Shown: in pieces, positions 13,795-18,144 of the stretch
How the letters are laid out: each line of letters opens with the position of its first letter
Position numbering within the stretch: the first letter of the stretch is position 1
IMG/VR virus record: IMGVR_UViG_3300045988_117973
Span: 1-18,144 of that record
From: a virus
Strand: one strand, 5' to 3'
Length of the DNA stretch: 18,144 nt
Notes under the pieces: model-generated
Databases searched by the model: none
What the model saw: the letters and a program-made list of their open reading frames with translations, nothing else
Told to the model about the DNA's origin: nothing
Translations under genes and position numbers: made by a program

Positions 13795-14736
13795 ATGGAT
13801 TTATTGAATGATACGAGTTCGTTTACAGATTATTGCCGTAACGCGGTGGATGTTGCTACGATGAACAATGGAGAGGCGGATTTTATTTATTACACATACT
13901 TACAAATGCTTAGTTTAAACATGTTTAAATATAAAGGTTTACCAGAATCCATTGACACATTCTATTTAGAATATATTTTACAAACGCGTGGTTACATTGG
14001 ATTTTATGAGGATGAAAGGTTAGGGTTAATTTGCAGTGAAATAACACTAGGCGGTAAATTAAACCACTACCAAGATCCAACCGAATATCATACCGTTTCA
14101 ACAAGCCCACTTGTAAAAAAGAATTTATCAAGTAATGAGTGTGTAATTATGAAAAACAGTCCTTTATATGTGGGTATCTTCCCATACTTAAATTTTTTCG
14201 CTAAAAAACTAGCTTTAACAAGTCGAACAATGGATCAGAACTTGACCATGCAATGGACACCGTACATTATCACAGGTGATAAACGTTTATTACAACAATT
14301 TAAAGTGTTCATGAAGAAGATTTTGCAAGGTGTTCAAACGATCTTTACGTCAAAAGGGTTCAGAATGGAAGATATCAACGTGCTACAGACAAACGCACCT
14401 TTTATTGCGGATGAGTTACACGGAATGAAACAAGCTATTTTACGCGAGTGTATGACTCTATTAGGCATTGAAAACGCCAACATGGACAAAAAAGAAAGAT
14501 TAGTTTCGGATGAGGTCAATGCCAACAATCAACAGGTTATTGCGTCTCGTAATATTTGGCTTAGTGAACGTAAAAAAGCGATTGAAAAATTAAATAATAA
14601 ATTTAATTTAAACGCAAGTGTTGAATTTGCACCATATGAGGACTTTGAGGACATCTTGAAATTGATTGAATTAGACAGTGATACAAGTATTTCAGATTTT
14701 AAAGATGATATAACAATTAAAAAAGAAGGTGATTAA
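13795..14736 (+). CDS. Portal / upper collar (connector) protein, phi29 gp10-like (313 aa)
   Basis: NAPFIADELHGMKQAILRECMTLLGIENANMDKKERLVSDEV matches recalled phi29 gp10 [42 protein letters not shown]. The size matches (309 aa in phi29). Confidence 0.95.
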   Translation: MDLLNDTSSFTDYCRNAVDVATMNNGEADFIYYTYLQMLSLNMFKYKGLPESIDTFYLEYILQTRGYIGFYEDERLGLICSEITLGGKLNHYQDPTEYHTVSTSPLVKKNLSSNECVIMKNSPLYVGIFPYLNFFAKKLALTSRTMDQNLTMQWTPYIITGDKRLLQQFKVFMKKILQGVQTIFTSKGFRMEDINVLQTNAPFIADELHGMKQAILRECMTLLGIENANMDKKERLVSDEVNANNQQVIASRNIWLSERKKAIEKLNNKFNLNASVEFAPYEDFEDILKLIELDSDTSISDFKDDITIKKEGD

Positions 14737-14737
14737 T

Positions 14738-15457
14738 ATGTTTAAAAAATTAAAAGTACCTAATTATTTGTTAACTTTACAAAGTCCGGTGCTTGCGGAA
14801 AATACTGAAACCATATGCGGTGTGTGTCACAATTTAGCATTCACAGAGTTAATTGACGCTCAATATGAATTAAGTGACATGGAAGTGTTAGAGATCGCAA
14901 GAAAAAAGATTTTTGATTTTAATTATGCGTTTTATGACGACCACGAAAGACGCAAGGCATTAGAAACGGGAATTTTAAAGCATTTTTGGTTTGATGAGAT
15001 AGGTCAAGAAACATATGCATATTGGAAATTTGAACTTCAACACTGGTTTGAAATCAATATGGATAGATATTACACCTTATTTAAAACTATCCCATTCCAA
15101 GACCAAGACGACCCAACAGCAAACACAAACTATACAGAAACTTATACACGTGATAGTCGAGGTAACACACAAGCGAGTGGAGAAGATACGAGTATCGCTT
15201 TACAGTCTGTAACTCCGGAAGGACGTATCGACATTGAAACAAACGACTATGTAAACAATATCGCTAAGACAATCACCAAACCAAAAAGCGCAAATGATAC
15301 AACAGGTCATGAAGAGTATAGTTTTAAGCGTAAAGGTAATATCGGTATTCAAACACTAGCTGAAGTATTACAAGGATCACGACGTGCAGTTATAACCATC
15401 GAAAACGAGTTATACGCGGAATTACAAGAATATGGATTATTTTTTAATATATTCTAG
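14738..15457 (+). CDS. Lower collar protein candidate (gp11-like position), 239 aa
   Basis: Immediately follows the portal gene as in phi29. SD AGAAGGTGA (14724-14732) precedes ATG 14738. The track start GTG 14729 lies inside the SD. The call is by synteny. Confidence 0.75.
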   Translation: MFKKLKVPNYLLTLQSPVLAENTETICGVCHNLAFTELIDAQYELSDMEVLEIARKKIFDFNYAFYDDHERRKALETGILKHFWFDEIGQETYAYWKFELQHWFEINMDRYYTLFKTIPFQDQDDPTANTNYTETYTRDSRGNTQASGEDTSIALQSVTPEGRIDIETNDYVNNIAKTITKPKSANDTTGHEEYSFKRKGNIGIQTLAEVLQGSRRAVITIENELYAELQEYGLFFNIF

Positions 15458-15469
15458 GAGGTAATTAAT

Positions 15470-16195
15470 ATGAATATTAATGTAAATAAATATTATGATT
15501 ACAGGCGAAAAGTATTAGGTACATATGTAGATCGTGATGGCGCTTACGGTTCTCAATGTTGGGATTTGTATTTTGACTGGTGTGAAAAGAATGGATTTAA
15601 GGGAGCTAATTGTACATCTAGCGGATATGTTAAAGATATTTGGTTAAACCGAGAAACAAATGGAATGACATATAATTGTGTTGAAATCACTGAATTACAA
15701 CCGGGTGCAATTGTCGTATTTAAAGAAGTACCAAATATTACACCTTGGAGTCACATTGCTATTTTCGATAGTGATATAAACGGTGTATATGGAAGATTTT
15801 TAGGTGCGAACCAAGGTGATAAGAATGGTTTAGTGAATATTGTTTCACTACCATACTCAGCTACATTCGACACCGCTTTTATGCCTAAAGCTATGATTTT
15901 AAGCGATGAAAAAAGTGAAAAAGTTTTAAATGAAATTCCAAAAGATTTTATTAAGGAATATGGAACTTTTTATCCAAATTGCACAATTAAAATCAGAGAA
16001 GCCCCAAGCCAAAAAGGAAATGACACGGGTTTATATTATACAAGAGGTATGAGTGTACGATATGACGGTTATGTTAAACGTGATGGATATGTATGGATTA
16101 GTTGGATTGGTAACAGTGGTAAACGTCGCTGGATGGCTGGCGGTGAATTAAATTCAAAGGGTATTAATTACTTACCATATGGAGTATTTAAATGA
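15470..16195 (+). CDS. Endolysin: N-terminal CHAP peptidase plus C-terminal SH3b (SH3_5-like) cell-wall-binding domain (241 aa)
   Basis: CHAP catalytic-Cys context DGAYGSQCWDL and downstream His (PWSHIAIF). The C-terminal RGMSVRYDGYVKRDGYVWISWIGNSGKRRWMAGG is typical of SH3b domains. SD AGGAGG precedes ATG 15470. Confidence 0.92.
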   Translation: MNINVNKYYDYRRKVLGTYVDRDGAYGSQCWDLYFDWCEKNGFKGANCTSSGYVKDIWLNRETNGMTYNCVEITELQPGAIVVFKEVPNITPWSHIAIFDSDINGVYGRFLGANQGDKNGLVNIVSLPYSATFDTAFMPKAMILSDEKSEKVLNEIPKDFIKEYGTFYPNCTIKIREAPSQKGNDTGLYYTRGMSVRYDGYVKRDGYVWISWIGNSGKRRWMAGGELNSKGINYLPYGVFK

Positions 16196-17208
16196 CAAAG
16201 TCGATTGATTGGTACAGTCCTACCAACATAAAGTCATACAATAAATTTCTAAATTTCATCATTGGTGGTCGTGGAATTGGTAAAACCTATGGATTTAAAA
16301 AAGACTGTATTAGTCGATATAAGAAAAAAGGAAAACAATTTCTTTATCTACGTCGTTACAAAACAGACCTAAAGAAAATTAAAACATTTCTTAATGATCA
16401 ATTTGAAAATTTCAAAGATGATGAATTTAAAATTACAGGCGGTAGCAACTTTACCACCTTTTATATAAATGGTTGTGAAATGGGTTACGCTACATCTTTA
16501 ACAGCTTTTGCAAGTTTAAAATCAACAAGTTATGTTGATATTGATACAATTATTGTTGATGAATTCATACCGGAAAAGGCTGGATTTAACGCATACATAC
16601 CGAATGAAGTTGAGATCTTATTAAATATCATTGACTCTATATTTAGACAGCGAGAAGGACATGTATATTTATTAGCCAATAACGCAAGTATCGTTAACCC
16701 TTATTTTAGCTATTTTGGTATTACACCAGACCCGAACAAAGAATTTAATACATTTAAAGGTAATGAATCCGTCGAGCAAATAGTTGTTCAAATATGTCAC
16801 AATGAATATAAAAAAGGAAATCAAGAAAAATCGAAATTCCATAAACTTATAAGTGGAACGACATACGGTGAGTATAACACTGGTAATTTTGCTTATGATA
16901 CGAATGATTTTATCAAAAAGAAAACAAATGTTTGTGATTATTTATGTACACTATACTATGATGATATCTATTATGGTGTTTGGATAGATATGAATACAGG
17001 CTATGTGTATATAAACCAACAAATAAACAAAGAATACGGCTATTGTTATTCCATTGGCAGTAATAACCGCGAGAATATGATGATCGCGAAATTATGGCGT
17101 AAAGACCAAAGACTAAACATGTTAATACGATCATATCGTGATGGTTGTGTGTATTACAATAATCAAGAAACAAAACGTTTATTAAGTTATATATTGAGTA
17201 AATATTAA
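16192..17208 (+). CDS. DNA encapsidation (packaging) ATPase, phi29 gp16-like (338 aa)
   Basis: Walker A GGRGIGKT and Walker B TIIVDEF. The N-terminus SYNKFLNFIIGGRGIGKTYGFK...GKQFLYLRRYK parallels recalled phi29 gp16 SYDRILNFVIGARGIGKSYAMK...GEQFIYVRRYK. The ATGA overlaps the endolysin stop. Confidence 0.96.
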   Translation: MTKSIDWYSPTNIKSYNKFLNFIIGGRGIGKTYGFKKDCISRYKKKGKQFLYLRRYKTDLKKIKTFLNDQFENFKDDEFKITGGSNFTTFYINGCEMGYATSLTAFASLKSTSYVDIDTIIVDEFIPEKAGFNAYIPNEVEILLNIIDSIFRQREGHVYLLANNASIVNPYFSYFGITPDPNKEFNTFKGNESVEQIVVQICHNEYKKGNQEKSKFHKLISGTTYGEYNTGNFAYDTNDFIKKKTNVCDYLCTLYYDDIYYGVWIDMNTGYVYINQQINKEYGYCYSIGSNNRENMMIAKLWRKDQRLNMLIRSYRDGCVYYNNQETKRLLSYILSKY

Positions 17209-17212
17209 AATA

Positions 17213-17239
17213 AAAAGAGTGCCATTAATGCACTCTTTT
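17213..17239. terminator. Bidirectional terminator between the convergent late (+) and right-end (-) transcription units
   Basis: 10-bp stem AAAAGAGTGC (17213-17222) pairs with GCACTCTTTT (17230-17239), loop CATTAAT. There is an A-run upstream and a T-run downstream, so either strand gets a U-tail. Confidence 0.8.
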
Positions 17240-17243
17240 AAGT

Positions 17244-17423
17244 TTAATATTTCAAATCATATTTACCAACAGTATATAAATAATATTCATGTTTATCACC
17301 GTACTTTTCATAATACTTGTTATATACATCTTGAACAATTTTATAATCAGTAGAATGTATTACAATTAAATTATCAAATGTAAAATAAAACTCAAAATTT
17401 ATAGGATTATCTACCAATAACAT
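17244..17423 (-). CDS. Unlisted small Tyr-rich protein (59 aa)
   Basis: ATG at 17423-17421 (complement) is preceded by AGGTAGG 7 nt upstream. Translation is MLLVDNPINFEFYFTFDNLIVIHSTDYKIVQDVYNKYYEKYGDKHEYYLYTVGKYDLKY. It ends 4 nt before the terminator and is one codon below the track cutoff. Confidence 0.45.
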   Translation of the reverse strand: MLLVDNPINFEFYFTFDNLIVIHSTDYKIVQDVYNKYYEKYGDKHEYYLYTVGKYDLKY

Positions 17424-17493
17424 TATTTATCCTACCTGTTAATTTGTTTTGTAAAAATGTAACTTTACCGAAACAATTTTCCATAACTACAAC

Positions 17494-17703
17494 CTACCAA
17501 TTCTCACTATACATAGAAACGAACACATTATTAATGTACTCGTGTTTTCTAACGCTAACTAACAATAAATAATATTGTCTGTAACTAATCAGCCCTTGAT
17601 TATAATAAGACCGTATTAAGTTCTCTCTTTCAATGTCGCTCATAACACCAAGTGTTCTGTTTAATTCAGAACACAAGCGATTGAGGCTAGTGTAATTACT
17701 CAT
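17494..17703 (-). CDS. Hypothetical right-end early protein (69 aa)
   Basis: ORF in the right-end leftward unit, 9 nt downstream of the preceding gene. No motif recognised. Confidence 0.65.
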   Translation of the reverse strand: MSNYTSLNRLCSELNRTLGVMSDIERENLIRSYYNQGLISYRQYYLLLVSVRKHEYINNVFVSMYSENW

Positions 17704-17712
17704 GTTAAACTC

Positions 17713-17955
17713 CTAACTATTTTTTACAATTCGACATACTTCTTTAAGGTTATTATTGATACACTCATTCAATTCCATATATGATTTATAGTCAATATCT
17801 GTATCAATATATATATCGTGACACAAATCAATAGAATCATTAATATATTCACCTAAAATTTCTAAAACATTTCCTAACTCGTGAAATCCAGTAATTCCAT
17901 TTAGAGTATTGTCACGTGTATTTTTGATATACTCTTTATATTTTTCTTTCGTCAT
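17713..17955 (-). CDS. Hypothetical acidic right-end early protein (80 aa)
   Basis: ATG 17955 is preceded by SD GGGAGGAAAC. The central region is strongly acidic (EILGEYINDSIDLCHDIYIDTDIDY). Confidence 0.7.
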   Translation of the reverse strand: MTKEKYKEYIKNTRDNTLNGITGFHELGNVLEILGEYINDSIDLCHDIYIDTDIDYKSYMELNECINNNLKEVCRIVKNS

Positions 17956-17956
17956 A

Positions 17957-18136
17957 TTACTTGTTTCCTCCCATTCTTTTTAAAACTTCATTTTTACAAA
18001 TTCTTTTACATTGTTTTTCATATTCAAAACGAGTTTGATAATATTCATTACCCGAATCTTTTTTAGCAAGTTGTCTAAATCGGTCAACCTCAATACAACT
18101 AAATCCATATTCAAACAATAAATCATCATTAGACAA
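17957..18136 (-). CDS. Hypothetical right-terminal protein (59 aa); first 27 codons lie in the ITR and are identical to those of ORF 9-200
   Basis: Frame is open from TTG (18136, complement) to TAA (17959-17957). Translation is MSNDDLLFEYGFSCIEVDRFRQLAKKDSGNEYYQTRFEYEKQCKRICKNEVLKRMGGNK. Its stop lies 1 nt before the next ATG, and its 3' end carries that gene's SD. It has the same promoter-space problem as the left terminal ORF. Confidence 0.35.
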   Translation of the reverse strand: MSNDDLLFEYGFSCIEVDRFRQLAKKDSGNEYYQTRFEYEKQCKRICKNEVLKRMGGNK

Positions 18137-18144
18137 TTCTTTTA
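18056..18144. repeat. Right inverted terminal repeat (89 bp, perfect)
   Basis: Reverse complement of 1-89 with 89/89 identity. Confidence 0.95.

Noticed and set aside
1275-14737. ORF-track start codons at 1275 (GTG), 8667 (GTG), 11537 (TTG) and 14729 (GTG)
   Set aside because: Each lies inside or directly abutting the Shine-Dalgarno sequence itself. Downstream in-frame starts (1284, 8676, 11546, 14738) have proper 5-9-nt spacing and were used instead.

Overview
The 18,144-bp window looks like a complete linear genome of a small phi29-like, protein-primed podophage from an AT-rich Firmicute host. The host genus cannot be determined from sequence alone. The ends are a perfect 89-bp inverted terminal repeat (1-89 is the exact reverse complement of 18056-18144). 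Gene layout: (i) a left early block on the + strand (about 9-4713) with small unknown and membrane ORFs, an SSB-like protein, a terminal-protein candidate, a family-B protein-primed DNA polymerase, membrane-anchored proteins and a small RHH-like protein. (ii) A roughly 225-bp non-coding island (4714-4938) holding a promoter- and terminator-bounded, roughly 155-nt structured RNA candidate plus the likely late promoter. (iii) A late + strand block (4939-17208): scaffold, phi29 gp8-like major capsid, fibre 1, a coupled 239-aa ORF, holin, fibre 2, a 71-aa ORF, an M23+lysozyme tail lysin, gp9-like tail knob, gp10-like portal, lower collar, CHAP-SH3b endolysin and gp16-like packaging ATPase. (iv) A short right-end block on the - strand (17244-18136) that converges on a bidirectional terminator. 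Most interesting observations: the candidate pRNA-like or regulatory ncRNA; two paralogous fibre genes that share an N-terminal anchor and carry 69-nt in-frame repeat arrays of different copy number; the two terminal ORFs that start inside the ITR with an identical 27-codon N-terminus; a 28-bp perfect direct repeat (terminator hairpin) bracketing the holin-fibre-lysin cassette; and an anti-Shine-Dalgarno-like element after the capsid gene. All functional calls rest on motifs and phi29 sequence blocks recalled from memory, plus synteny and size. No database search was possible.
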